Sequence record: PQ330092.1
Reading direction: 5' to 3' (one strand)
Length of the DNA stretch: 64,000 nt
Below, one piece after another: positions 37,873-47,941 of the stretch; position 1 is the first letter of the stretch, and the number at the start of each line of letters is the position of its first letter. Below the pieces are notes generated by a model. The model was not told the origin of the DNA and ran no database searches. It was given only the letters and a program-made list of their open reading frames with translations. Made by a program: the position numbers and the translations under genes.

Positions 37873-38562
37873 ATGAAACGTCGTCATATTAGTGTTGATA
37901 TTGAAGCTCTTGGAACACCTGAACTTTCCGGTTATGATATTATTATCCCAAATTACGCAGCAGTAGTAGTTCCAAGTAAACCTGAAAATGACATTCGTCA
38001 GTTCTTATATATTAAATTACCATACCAGGATCAAGTTGCAACTGGTTTAAAATCAGACGCAGGTGCAATGGATTTTTGGATGAATACATGTCAGAAAGAA
38101 TACCCTAATGCATATGCTGAAGTTGCCAGTACTATGAAACTCAAAGCACCCGAACTGTATGGACCGAATGGTCAATCACGACGATTTTTTGCATACAGTA
38201 GTATTGTTGATTTCTGGAAAGAATTACGTTACAATGATTATGGTGAAGAAGTTCCTCATTCAGTCTGGGGTAACGGATGTAACTTCGATTGTAGCATTTT
38301 ACAAGCAAACCATTTAAAACTAATGAACGCTGGTGAGTTATGGAAGTATGATGCACCTGAAAATGCACGCACATTGAAACGTTTATTGAATGAAGAAGCT
38401 CGTATTGAAATGGATGAAATCGTTTCGGTACAGTTGGATAAATTTATCACATATGCAAATACGTGTGGGATTAATGGGTTGGAGTTACATCATCCACTAT
38501 TTGATGCAGCACGTGAAGCAATCCAGATTTCATTCTGTCTAAACAAGCTTAAAATGGATTAA
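37873..38562 (+). CDS. DEDDh 3'-5' exonuclease (DexA/RNase T-like)
   Basis: ISVDIEALG, VWGNGCNFDCSIL, HHPLFDAARE. Confidence 0.8.
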   Translation: MKRRHISVDIEALGTPELSGYDIIIPNYAAVVVPSKPENDIRQFLYIKLPYQDQVATGLKSDAGAMDFWMNTCQKEYPNAYAEVASTMKLKAPELYGPNGQSRRFFAYSSIVDFWKELRYNDYGEEVPHSVWGNGCNFDCSILQANHLKLMNAGELWKYDAPENARTLKRLLNEEARIEMDEIVSVQLDKFITYANTCGINGLELHHPLFDAAREAIQISFCLNKLKMD

Positions 38563-38565
38563 TAC

Positions 38566-39660
38566 ATGAATTTCATTATTCTGTTAATACCTGCTCTTAT
38601 CGTTGTATTCGTTATGAAATACATGTACGATAAGCATATCAGTACTAAAGAACTATTGATTCATATTGGTTGTTGTCTGGTTGGTGCGGCTCTTGTTCTT
38701 GGTATTTCATATGCAATCAACTATAGCCAGCTTTATGATGTTGAGATTCTGAATGGTCAAGTAACTTCAAAATACAGCCACAAAGAATATTGCACACAAT
38801 CTAGTTCATGTAAGCACTATACATGGCATGAGAAGTGCCATACGCGATATGATAGTAAAGGTAAATCACATCGTGAGTGTGAATCATATAAGGTTTTTGA
38901 TTACTCATATGAAGTTGATTGGTATGTGAAAAGTACAGTAGGTGAGTTTGAGATTGAACGTGTGAACCGTCAAGGTACAATGACACCACCACGTTGGCAG
39001 CAAGTTATTATTGGTGACTATGCCGCAGCAGAGAGTTCATATATCAACTATCTATTTGCTGATAAGAACTCATTGTTTAGTCCTGAAGAACTACACAACA
39101 TGTATGATGAAAAGTATCTTAGTACTATTCCAGAATACCCAAGTGTAGTTGATTATTACAAAACACATCACGTAATTAACACTACAAATTACAACGTTGA
39201 TGGTTACGATGAATACCTTCGTAATGAGCTAAAAACGATGGGTGCACGAAAGCAGGTAAACATCCAAGTACTAGTTTATGATTACAAAGATGTTGATTTT
39301 GTTGATGCTACCCTTGCATCGTGGCGTGGTGGTAAGAAGAATGATGTTATTATGTTCTTTGGTATTGACAATGATGGTAACGTTGTAAAATTTTACAGTA
39401 CATCATTTGCACAAGGAATGAAGAATGAAGAGTTACATGCAAAGATGCGTATTGATGCATTAAATGAAAAATTAACTCTTGACTTACTAGTTAAAGAAGT
39501 ACATAATATTGACAAACATTTTGAGAGACTCTCTAATAAAGAGTTTGAGTACTTGTCAGTAAAAATGGAACCTAGAAAAGATGTTCTTATCGGTGCTTCC
39601 ATTGTGTTGTTGATTCTGTCTATTTTCATTGGCCTTTATATGAGGGATAACGATTTATGA
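38566..39660 (+). CDS. Membrane protein with periplasmic domain
   Basis: Two N-terminal TM segments, one C-terminal TM, WRGGKKNDVI motif. Confidence 0.7.
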   Translation: MNFIILLIPALIVVFVMKYMYDKHISTKELLIHIGCCLVGAALVLGISYAINYSQLYDVEILNGQVTSKYSHKEYCTQSSSCKHYTWHEKCHTRYDSKGKSHRECESYKVFDYSYEVDWYVKSTVGEFEIERVNRQGTMTPPRWQQVIIGDYAAAESSYINYLFADKNSLFSPEELHNMYDEKYLSTIPEYPSVVDYYKTHHVINTTNYNVDGYDEYLRNELKTMGARKQVNIQVLVYDYKDVDFVDATLASWRGGKKNDVIMFFGIDNDGNVVKFYSTSFAQGMKNEELHAKMRIDALNEKLTLDLLVKEVHNIDKHFERLSNKEFEYLSVKMEPRKDVLIGASIVLLILSIFIGLYMRDNDL

Positions 39661-40211
39661 ATGGTAAACTCCTTGCGTTAATTGGTATTTTGGTAGTTAT
39701 CGTACTAATGGTGTTTGGTTCTATTAGTATGTATGTTGGTGCACATGATCGTGCAGTTGAGTTTGAAGGAAACATTAAAAAGTATTATGATGCATCAGAA
39801 AGTCAACTTAGCAATTATACTCTTACTATTCAAGATAAGGTTCAAGTAGCCGATAAGTATAAAGATGCGTTGAAAGAAACGATTGAATCATACTTTAAAG
39901 GGCGTGAAGGTGTTGACCAGAAGTTTGTAATGTCACAGATTCAACAACAGGTTCCAAATCTTGATCCTAAAATTTATCAGGAATTGATGGTGACAATTGA
40001 AACAGGACGTACAAAGTTCAACAATCTTCAGAAAATGAAAATTGACCAGTGTACTGATTATGCTAAGTTCCGCAAAGGCTTCTGGAATTCCAAAATTCTT
40101 GATTCGAATACGTTTCCAAGTGAAAATATTGAACACCTTTGTACAGTAGTATCTGATACACGTACCAAGAAAGCAATGGATACTGGTATTCAAGAATCAA
40201 TTAAACTATAA
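39657..40211 (+). CDS. Membrane-anchored LemA-like helical protein
   Basis: N-terminal TM then helical domain; coupled to upstream membrane gene. Confidence 0.55.
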   Translation: MNGKLLALIGILVVIVLMVFGSISMYVGAHDRAVEFEGNIKKYYDASESQLSNYTLTIQDKVQVADKYKDALKETIESYFKGREGVDQKFVMSQIQQQVPNLDPKIYQELMVTIETGRTKFNNLQKMKIDQCTDYAKFRKGFWNSKILDSNTFPSENIEHLCTVVSDTRTKKAMDTGIQESIKL

Positions 40212-40259
40212 TTAAATGTTGGGAGTACTTTGTACTCCCCCTTTTCTATGGGGTGTACT

Positions 40260-40847
40260 ATGTTTTTAAAAAATACTTATGAATTAATTAAAATGCTTCA
40301 AAATATGAATTCCGGTGGCTTGTTTCCCTATTACTCTGAGGATGAAACTCATCGTTTAGTCCTTAAATTGGATGAAACTGGACGTATTATATCACTAAGA
40401 ACAACAGTCCCCAGTGTAGAACCAGTAATTACCAAATCAACTCAAAATTCAGGAACTGCTGTTAAAACACCACAAACATACAACTCTAATTACCAACAAC
40501 CACAAATGTACACGATTAGCACTCCACCTATTAAACGAGTTGCTTGTATTGTGAATATAAAAGTATCTAAGGACTATCGCGACTTAATATCAGTTGAATG
40601 GTCAGAACTAACATCATCATTAGCAACAAATGGATTTGTAGTAACAAATACAGGTCTAGCACAAAATGTGAAAGAAGGACAACAGATCATGAGTGCATTG
40701 TATCTTAGTAATGGTTGTGTTATCATCAATGGTAAGTTGTATAGCGATGCCGACCCCACTGCATTCACTGAAGATTTGATTGGTGATAAAGAATACAGCA
40801 TTCTTGAAATTATGAATTTGAAAAAGGTATATGAAAACCATGACTAG
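40260..40847 (+). CDS. Hypothetical protein
   Basis: ORF with a Q/T/P linker. Confidence 0.65.
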   Translation: MFLKNTYELIKMLQNMNSGGLFPYYSEDETHRLVLKLDETGRIISLRTTVPSVEPVITKSTQNSGTAVKTPQTYNSNYQQPQMYTISTPPIKRVACIVNIKVSKDYRDLISVEWSELTSSLATNGFVVTNTGLAQNVKEGQQIMSALYLSNGCVIINGKLYSDADPTAFTEDLIGDKEYSILEIMNLKKVYENHD

Positions 40848-41412
40848 ATTTCATCAAGATGATTTGCCATTTATACAAGAACTAGAAGAACTGGTGATAA
40901 GTATTATGGATGAAATTAGTACTTGGGATATAACAGTTTTTCGAAATGTATATGATAAAGTGGTGAATTTTAAAAATGTTAATATTGAAGTAAAACATAA
41001 TAATTTTTACTTAACAAAACAATTCATTCTAACTCGACCAGGATCAAAGCCAGTTAAACGTAATTTATCATTCGGACACCTGATTGGTGCAGAAAATGTA
41101 CATGATGAATGGGTTGATTCAATCTATTCGTATACAAAAGAACTTATTCCTGATATTGAGAAAAAATATTATCTTAGTATCACATTAGATGAAAACGGTA
41201 ATCTTAATGCATATTCAATAAATTCTTCTTCAAATGTTCCATTACATTCAGTGACGATTGGTGATAAAAAAATGCTAATAAATTCTGAAACATGGTATAA
41301 TAGAGAAAATTTCGCAGCAGAATCATTTCAGTACTCAGTATCTGAACCAAAGTCACCTTTTGATTTAGTGTTTGTTAATAATATTATTTTACGTTTTGGT
41401 GTAGGAGTGTAA
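40831..41412 (+). CDS. Hypothetical protein, EExxFQxS family
   Basis: C-terminal FAAESFQYSVSEP. Confidence 0.7.
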   Translation: MKTMTRFHQDDLPFIQELEELVISIMDEISTWDITVFRNVYDKVVNFKNVNIEVKHNNFYLTKQFILTRPGSKPVKRNLSFGHLIGAENVHDEWVDSIYSYTKELIPDIEKKYYLSITLDENGNLNAYSINSSSNVPLHSVTIGDKKMLINSETWYNRENFAAESFQYSVSEPKSPFDLVFVNNIILRFGVGV

Positions 41413-41415
41413 TTT

Positions 41416-41769
41416 ATGCTAATTTATTTAAGTGTTATTGTAATTTCATTACTGGTATCATTCGCTGTTCTTAAAATTGTTGCTATTTGTAGAAGTAAGA
41501 TTGATAGTTCTGAAACTAGATCAGTACTTGACTTGATTATGGACCATCCTAAAATCTGTGGTATTATTGTATTATTCGTTGTACTGATTAATACATATAT
41601 TGTCAGGGAACATTTATATAATATGTATGATTGTAGTGTGCGTTCTATTTCACAAGGTGTTGAAACAGACTATAGTTGGTACTATGAGAAATGTCGATTT
41701 AAAAACCAGCATGGTATTTGGGTTGATTTTGATAAACTACGTGGAACACCTTCAGGAGAAGAAGAATAA
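41416..41769 (+). CDS. Hypothetical membrane protein
   Basis: Two hydrophobic segments. Confidence 0.7.
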   Translation: MLIYLSVIVISLLVSFAVLKIVAICRSKIDSSETRSVLDLIMDHPKICGIIVLFVVLINTYIVREHLYNMYDCSVRSISQGVETDYSWYYEKCRFKNQHGIWVDFDKLRGTPSGEEE

Positions 41770-41771
41770 TT

Positions 41772-42263
41772 ATGTTTGAATTCCCAGAAGAGTCATTTAA
41801 CTTCATTGACCCTACTGATGATGGATACCGACATATTAACATTTATAGTAAAGCCAGAACGAAGTTAGGTAGAGATCTATCTAACTTTTCTTCGCATAGC
41901 TTCACACTTGAACCATATGGTTGGTTCCCTTCAGTTGAAACATTTTACTTTTGGTTTTTAACTGGGCAAAAACATGATGACCTTAGAAAAGTATCTGGTG
42001 CAGCAGCAAAAGCAGCCGCTAACAAATATATGCATGATCGAATTGAAATGACGGATGATTGTATTTCTATTATTCAAGATGCTATTTGTGCTAAGATAAT
42101 TCAAAATCCAGAGTTAGCCGAAAGATTAAGAAAAAGCAAGTTGCCTTTTTACCATTACTATGTATATGGTGGTAAAGTTGTAGATGTATCCGACGAACAT
42201 GATTGGTTTGTTAAAACATTCGAATATATAAGAACTGTGTTAAAGGAAAACTATGATGGGTAA
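41772..42263 (+). CDS. NADAR-like protein (T4 gp30.3-like)
   Basis: INIYS..GRDLSNFSSHSF...FPSVETFY, KVSGAAAK, KIIQNPELAERL parallel T4 gp30.3. Confidence 0.6.
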   Translation: MFEFPEESFNFIDPTDDGYRHINIYSKARTKLGRDLSNFSSHSFTLEPYGWFPSVETFYFWFLTGQKHDDLRKVSGAAAKAAANKYMHDRIEMTDDCISIIQDAICAKIIQNPELAERLRKSKLPFYHYYVYGGKVVDVSDEHDWFVKTFEYIRTVLKENYDG

Positions 42264-42534
42264 ATGTTGGGTATGCTTCAAGGTGTTTGATGAAGAATAT
42301 GAAATAATATTAGATGTATTGCCACAGCAGTACATGGTATGTAATGGAAAATACAAATTGGACACCTACCCGACCCCCAAGTACATGGGAATATGTCCTT
42401 TGTGTGATGCAAATGGCGTGTCCAATAGTGAGATTTCATTCACTAACCAAGCCACAACTAACTGTGTATCTGGGTATATAAGAGAGAATCGAGAATATTT
42501 TATTAGGAGATTATATGAACGACAAAATCTTTGA
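42253..42534 (+). CDS. Hypothetical zinc-ribbon protein
   Basis: CWVC and CPLC pairs. Confidence 0.65.
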   Translation: MMGKCWVCFKVFDEEYEIILDVLPQQYMVCNGKYKLDTYPTPKYMGICPLCDANGVSNSEISFTNQATTNCVSGYIRENREYFIRRLYERQNL

Positions 42535-42745
42535 TACATATGACATCGATACTTTACTAACACCATCTGATAACAGTACTGTTAAAATGGACATGTACTG
42601 GATTGTCGTTGATAAAAAAGTATTTAGACATAAAATTACTAAAGTTTGGCAATGTAATAAAAACAAATCTATTGTTGAAGGATTGGCACAATGCATTCCT
42701 AATGCAGAGGTTTTATTTTTACCATATGCATATACAAAGGAATAA
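42515..42745 (+). CDS. Hypothetical protein
   Basis: 76-aa ORF with AGGAG SD. Confidence 0.7.
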   Translation: MNDKIFDTYDIDTLLTPSDNSTVKMDMYWIVVDKKVFRHKITKVWQCNKNKSIVEGLAQCIPNAEVLFLPYAYTKE

Positions 42746-42746
42746 A

Positions 42747-42908
42747 ATGAAAAAAACTTGGAAAATATTCACAATACCTGCTATAATGTTGTTATTGGCA
42801 CTTTTCACACCGCAGAGTCATGTATTGTCTCTTAATATTGTGGAAATAATTCTTCTTGTAATTCACTGTGTCGTGTGTTATAATTATGTAAAAGGTGATA
42901 AAGAATGA
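42747..42908 (+). CDS. Small membrane protein
   Basis: 53 aa, two hydrophobic stretches, SD AAGGA. Confidence 0.6.
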   Translation: MKKTWKIFTIPAIMLLLALFTPQSHVLSLNIVEIILLVIHCVVCYNYVKGDKE

Positions 42909-43327
42909 AGTTCTTTAAAATTCGAATTGGTGTAAGTTCTGGTTTATCTCATTGGGTATTTTATGATTTACCTGATAGTTATACTATTGATGATGTAATT
43001 GATTTATATACCGAAGATCAACAATGGGTGTTAGATACCGAAACACATAGAATTGATTGTCAAGAGATTAGTGAAGAAGATTACAAGCACGGAAAGCAAG
43101 CCATGAAGTATTTTGAAACAAATATCAAAATGCTGTCTGAAAACGTATTTCCTGTAAAAGAATGGGCAATTTTACTTGCTAATCCTAAAAAACCTGTTAG
43201 AATTGGTTATCCAAATTTTCATATGGTGTATCGTATGAATGATAAGCGAGAGCTTAACTATCAATACGATTACGATTCATCTAAGTTTGGAGTTCTTAAA
43301 CAATTTTTAAAGGCTTATCCAGTATGA
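42905..43327 (+). CDS. Hypothetical protein
   Basis: 140-aa ORF. Confidence 0.7.
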   Translation: MKFFKIRIGVSSGLSHWVFYDLPDSYTIDDVIDLYTEDQQWVLDTETHRIDCQEISEEDYKHGKQAMKYFETNIKMLSENVFPVKEWAILLANPKKPVRIGYPNFHMVYRMNDKRELNYQYDYDSSKFGVLKQFLKAYPV

Positions 43328-43659
43328 GTGAAGATAGTAAAGAGTATATTTTACGTTGTTCTTGTGGCGATAAAATGGAGCATTGCGTTCACATTGCACA
43401 ATTTGACTTGACAGAGGAATATGGAGATGATAAACTTGGTCAATGTCTGATAAGTATGCGTTTAAATCCTTTTTTAAAATGGTATAACCGTGTATGGGTT
43501 GCAGTAAAGTATGTTTTTGGTGTAAACGACTATCAATATGTAGAAGCAACAATTGATGTTGACATTCTAAAAGAAGTTGTGTTACAATTAGAAGATACTA
43601 GAACTGATGAGGTTAAAAAAGAACAAAGAGAAAAACGTACTGATGTGAAGGTTTTATGA
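43324..43659 (+). CDS. Hypothetical protein
   Basis: 111-aa ORF, CSCG..HC. Confidence 0.7.
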   Translation: MSEDSKEYILRCSCGDKMEHCVHIAQFDLTEEYGDDKLGQCLISMRLNPFLKWYNRVWVAVKYVFGVNDYQYVEATIDVDILKEVVLQLEDTRTDEVKKEQREKRTDVKVL

Positions 43660-43850
43660 GTACTGAACTTTATGAAAAAAAGTACTGTACAAATTGCTCA
43701 ACTGAGTATACAATACAAGGTATGTTGATTTGTACAATATGTCAGTCAAAGAAATCAGCAACTTTCATCGTTGATGATAGATTTGGTGATTTGAAACAGT
43801 TTAAAGCAAACCGCAATCTTCGTATTTTTAGCAATCTAAATAAGGAATAA
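43656..43850 (+). CDS. Small zinc-ribbon protein
   Basis: CTNC and CTIC pairs. Confidence 0.65.
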   Translation: MSTELYEKKYCTNCSTEYTIQGMLICTICQSKKSATFIVDDRFGDLKQFKANRNLRIFSNLNKE

Positions 43851-43853
43851 TAT

Positions 43854-44282
43854 ATGAATATCGAACAAACTATCCGTGAACATTCTTTCTTCGCTCCAGA
43901 AACTGGTCGTGTTATTGAGAGCGTCAAAATCGAAGAACTAATGGTCAATGTTAAATACAAAGAACCAAATGATGAGATTAGCAGTACTTTTTGTGCTCTA
44001 CGTGCACCATTCCGTAATGAAAAAGCTAAGAAACCAGCATATGTTCTTGCCATTGCACTGGGTTGTGTTGTAAAACTTGCAGTTGATGAAAATCTTCTGA
44101 ATATTAAAGTTGCACCAAGCAATGACGATGAAAACATTGATTTGAACTTTGATGGTTCTCTTGATGAAGATGTATTTTTCCAACAGTCACTTGTTTACGA
44201 CTTCCGTACAGTGACACATTCTCACATCAAGTTCATTAATGAAATGGTTGGGATTGTTGCTGAATACGAAGAATCTCTCTAA
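43854..44282 (+). CDS. Hypothetical protein, EExxFQxS family
   Basis: LDEDVFFQQSLVYD. Confidence 0.75.
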   Translation: MNIEQTIREHSFFAPETGRVIESVKIEELMVNVKYKEPNDEISSTFCALRAPFRNEKAKKPAYVLAIALGCVVKLAVDENLLNIKVAPSNDDENIDLNFDGSLDEDVFFQQSLVYDFRTVTHSHIKFINEMVGIVAEYEESL

Positions 44283-44335
44283 GTAAATACAAAAGCCTCC
44301 ATAATGGAGGCTTTTATCACATAAGGAAATGAAAT

Positions 44336-44887
44336 ATGATAGACCAAATTAAAATCCTTACAAAGCAAATCACTGATTTTCTTTCTGATAAAGATGGATT
44401 TAATACAGAAGTAAAAATGCACGGTGTTAGTGTTGATGTAATTGCACCAAATGGTAATGTAACAAGTTACGACATGTATGAATTACTTCTTTATACTCTA
44501 GCAGTACGTAAACTAGGTAGTGATATTGAACTCAATATCAATACTGATGAAAGTGGGAATAAAATTTTTGCAATCAACACCAGTGCTAAATTCGATATCA
44601 GTACTGAAATTAAAAAAATAAATGAAAGTTTTATTGGCTTTAAGCATGAATCAATTCAAAGTGTTTTTATTGGAAAGCAAACTTCTAATAGTGAATGCCC
44701 ATATTGTGTAATGACTTTATATAAAGATGGAAACTGGATGCGTCAAGATTTAGTATTTGCTGAACTTCTGTATGCATTTACACATGAACTTAAAATCGAA
44801 TTGGACGATAGTGTTTATTGCTTTAAGAAAATTCGAAATATAACTAAAGATATACAAACCCAACTTAAAGAATTAAATGATAAATAA
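44336..44887 (+). CDS. Hypothetical protein
   Basis: 183-aa ORF with SD. Confidence 0.7.
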   Translation: MIDQIKILTKQITDFLSDKDGFNTEVKMHGVSVDVIAPNGNVTSYDMYELLLYTLAVRKLGSDIELNINTDESGNKIFAINTSAKFDISTEIKKINESFIGFKHESIQSVFIGKQTSNSECPYCVMTLYKDGNWMRQDLVFAELLYAFTHELKIELDDSVYCFKKIRNITKDIQTQLKELNDK

Positions 44888-45047
44888 ATATACCAGAAAT
44901 GGTTAACATATCATGTTACTTTCCTCCCTTACATAATAATGATGCGTTATTATATTTTCATTTTGTTCTTATTCCCCTTTTGGTACAAAATCATTTTAGT
45001 ACTGCCCCGATCTTCGGGGCATTTTTCTTATCTAAAATTGAGGATAT

Positions 45048-45443
45048 ATGAAGAACAATATTGGAACTTCAATAATTAAACCACTTTCTTATTACCTTGA
45101 AAAATTTAGAAGCACAAATGGTAATAAATTTAATAATATATTTCAGTTCTCTCATAAAGAATATATTACAATTGATCATTTTTCAAAGAAACTAATGTAT
45201 GTAAATGATAATAGTCATATTATTAAATTATCATTCGATATTGAGTTAGATAAATTAACATTTACGGAATACATTAATCAAAAAACTTCTTTTTTATGTC
45301 AATACAATAGGAAAGTATATAGTAATATTTCTATGTATCTAAATGATGAATATCACTTTCAACAATCTACAATAGAAGAAGTATTGTTCAGTACTGAAGA
45401 ATTAAAAGAACTATATTACTGGTATAATTATTTCACATCTTGA
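45048..45443 (+). CDS. Hypothetical protein, EExxFQxS family
   Basis: LNDEYHFQQSTIEE. Confidence 0.75.
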   Translation: MKNNIGTSIIKPLSYYLEKFRSTNGNKFNNIFQFSHKEYITIDHFSKKLMYVNDNSHIIKLSFDIELDKLTFTEYINQKTSFLCQYNRKVYSNISMYLNDEYHFQQSTIEEVLFSTEELKELYYWYNYFTS

Positions 45444-45468
45444 CATTATTGTGGGTTTATCCTACAAT
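45440..45468 (+). promoter_or_regulatory. Sigma70-like early promoter
   Basis: TTGACA-17-TACAAT. Confidence 0.7.
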
Positions 45469-45498
45469 ACATGATGATGCTGCATTGAGGATAAATTT

Positions 45499-45909
45499 AT
45501 GAGTTTAGATTTACACAATGAACTAAAATATTTTTTAGATTTGGATATATCAGAATTGAACCACCACGTCAATCATATGACTAGTACTGTATGGTGGTCT
45601 AATGAACAAGACGACCCAATTATCCAACTAAGTGATGAATCGTCAATTATGCGATTTTATAAGATTAATTATAAAAAGAACATCAAGATCACATATGTAC
45701 CATACAAAAACATACTACTAGTCGAAACACTTAATCCAAGTTCTTTATTAAAAATCACCGATTTAGATACATTACAAACAAGTGAATCTTTATTCCAACG
45801 TTCATTAGTTGATGATCTTGGTGGTATTACTTTTGAAGATATATTACAATTGAAGAATATGTATAGTGAATTGTTGGAGATTAAAAACACTTTAGTAATG
45901 GGGAATTGA
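45499..45909 (+). CDS. Hypothetical protein, EExxFQxS family
   Basis: TSESLFQRSLVDD. Confidence 0.75.
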   Translation: MSLDLHNELKYFLDLDISELNHHVNHMTSTVWWSNEQDDPIIQLSDESSIMRFYKINYKKNIKITYVPYKNILLVETLNPSSLLKITDLDTLQTSESLFQRSLVDDLGGITFEDILQLKNMYSELLEIKNTLVMGN

Positions 45910-45910
45910 T

Positions 45911-46315
45911 ATGGTAAGTTTACTAGATATTGATAATACCAGTTTAGTGCTGGTGAAAAAAGGTTTAATTCCAAATTCTAAAAAAATTGATTATGCTGTT
46001 ATTGAAACAAATATTGGAAATATCTGGTACGACTCTGAAAGGGATATTGTGTTTAGCTGTGTAGACAGTGATCGTTCTGAATGTTGTAGAGTCGGTCATG
46101 ACGGACAATTTGTTTTTGAATTTCGTTATTGGAAGGACGCAAAATTTCACCAAGAACTGGTTGCTTTGTCAAATGAACTATATACAGAAGAATCGTTCTT
46201 CATGGCTAGTACTATTAATGATTTTGGTTCAGTTACATTTGAGTACTATAAAAAAATATACGCACTATCCAGAGAAGTTATGAAAATTATCAGAACTGCT
46301 GAAGGTAAAGAATAA
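45911..46315 (+). CDS. Hypothetical protein, EExxFQxS family
   Basis: YTEESFFMASTIND. Confidence 0.75.
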   Translation: MVSLLDIDNTSLVLVKKGLIPNSKKIDYAVIETNIGNIWYDSERDIVFSCVDSDRSECCRVGHDGQFVFEFRYWKDAKFHQELVALSNELYTEESFFMASTINDFGSVTFEYYKKIYALSREVMKIIRTAEGKE

Positions 46316-46316
46316 C

Positions 46317-46694
46317 ATGACTACTATATATGATATTTTGGGTGTTCTGAGTAGAAATATAGATGATGATTTTGTTATTGTTCAAGATACTAGAAATACA
46401 TTTCAACTACCAATAGGTTCACCAGATAGGTTAATTTTTAATAGATACTCAAATGAACTAACTTACATCCATGATGGAATTGCAATTGTATCAGTTTCTA
46501 TAAACGACTATACAATACGATATGTATATGACTTCAACGATTATTGTACAAGAATCCACAGTATTGATATTTCCGAAGAGGAACTATTCCAATTGTCATT
46601 GATTGAGAAAAATGTAATAGGAATTACAGAAATTGGTATTATTAAAAAAGCATTAAACTATACAAATATAAGAATTAATGGTGGGTGCAGATGA
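46317..46694 (+). CDS. Hypothetical protein, EExxFQxS family
   Basis: ISEEELFQLSLIE. Confidence 0.75.
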   Translation: MTTIYDILGVLSRNIDDDFVIVQDTRNTFQLPIGSPDRLIFNRYSNELTYIHDGIAIVSVSINDYTIRYVYDFNDYCTRIHSIDISEEELFQLSLIEKNVIGITEIGIIKKALNYTNIRINGGCR

Positions 46695-47146
46695 ATGTTG
46701 ACGAAATAAAAAATCATTTTGAAATTGCAATGTCATGTGAATTTGACACACAACGTGTTCATGACCCGAAAGAACATATACGCATTTGTTGTGAATTGTC
46801 AGATGATTGTAATATTTTTATTGGAAAAACCTATGACATGATCGATCTTTCATGTATAGATCCATTGGAAAGAAAAACAAAATATTTATATCTGTACAAC
46901 ACAACATCAGATACGATTGCAATACAACTAATATCAACCACAACATCCCAAAGTTATTATAACATAACTGAGGTTAGTAGTTTAACGTTAACCGAAGAAG
47001 GATTCTTTCAACAATCGCTTATTCGTGAAATTGGTGTTAGTTATGATGAGTTAAATGTATTAGTAGATTGTTTCGAAAAATTGAGTACTTTTGTATTATC
47101 CCTTTTTAATATACAGTCGCAAAATCCAATGGTGGTGAAATGCTAA
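46685..47146 (+). CDS. Hypothetical protein, EExxFQxS family
   Basis: LTEEGFFQQSLIRE. Confidence 0.75.
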   Translation: MQMNVDEIKNHFEIAMSCEFDTQRVHDPKEHIRICCELSDDCNIFIGKTYDMIDLSCIDPLERKTKYLYLYNTTSDTIAIQLISTTTSQSYYNITEVSSLTLTEEGFFQQSLIREIGVSYDELNVLVDCFEKLSTFVLSLFNIQSQNPMVVKC

Positions 47147-47580
47147 ATCCAAGTAAATTTCTCCACTTACTTTCGATAACATCAATACCGGATCTTACCA
47201 GTGAAACTAATGAATATCGTGAAGCTGGGGTGGTGTCTATGGAACTCGATACATTTGACCACAAATGCTATGTGACATATGACCCACCCCGTTATGGTAA
47301 AGAACATTCTTCTTTTATTTTTGTATTCGTATACACTGTATATGATAATACAACACTTGATGATGTTTGTATTGACACTTACGAAATTTGTGATAATATC
47401 ATAACTGATGACAACAATAATTCATTTGATATGTCACTATATAACACAGAAGAATCGTTGTTTCAACTTAGTACTGTTATTGATGCACCATCATTAGAAG
47501 ATATAAAACAATTTCAAGAACATCTTGACGCAGTTCGTGAGATGTTCTATAATCATTATCCAGAAGTAGAGTTCAATTAA
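47140..47580 (+). CDS. Hypothetical protein, EExxFQxS family
   Basis: NTEESLFQLSTVID. Confidence 0.75.
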   Translation: MLNPSKFLHLLSITSIPDLTSETNEYREAGVVSMELDTFDHKCYVTYDPPRYGKEHSSFIFVFVYTVYDNTTLDDVCIDTYEICDNIITDDNNNSFDMSLYNTEESLFQLSTVIDAPSLEDIKQFQEHLDAVREMFYNHYPEVEFN

Positions 47581-47594
47581 CTAAAGGTAATAAG

Positions 47595-47855
47595 ATGACT
47601 AAAGTAGTTCGTAAACGCCACATGATGAACATGGATGAATTTCGCACATTTGACAAATATCGTACTATGTTTCGTATGCTTTCACAGGGCCGTCCAATCG
47701 TCATTGTAACAGAGAATTACATGTCACCTGAGATTATGTTTGGTAATTATGAAAAGGTCTTCATGATGTACGTGAAGCGTGGATTACTTACAATCAAGAC
47801 ATTAGCTGAAGCAACTGATGAAGATATGGATGGTGATAATACCTTTACCATGTGA
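47595..47855 (+). CDS. Hypothetical protein
   Basis: 86-aa ORF with SD AAGGT. Confidence 0.7.
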   Translation: MTKVVRKRHMMNMDEFRTFDKYRTMFRMLSQGRPIVIVTENYMSPEIMFGNYEKVFMMYVKRGLLTIKTLAEATDEDMDGDNTFTM

Positions 47856-47863
47856 GGAAATAT

Positions 47864-47941
47864 ATGTCTGAAAAGCCAAAAGAACCATTAGATCGTGATG
47901 ATGATTTTTATGACGAACGATATGGAGATGATGATGAGTGA
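47864..47941 (+). CDS. 25-aa acidic peptide
   Basis: SD GAGG then MSEKPKEPLDRDDDFYDERYGDDDE*. Confidence 0.5.
   Translation: MSEKPKEPLDRDDDFYDERYGDDDE

Noticed and set aside
44880-45070. Hydrophobic reading frame (WLTYHVTFLPYIIMMRYYIFILF...)
   Set aside because: No clear start or SD, and it crosses a terminator hairpin near 45002; possibly a decayed gene but not supportable.
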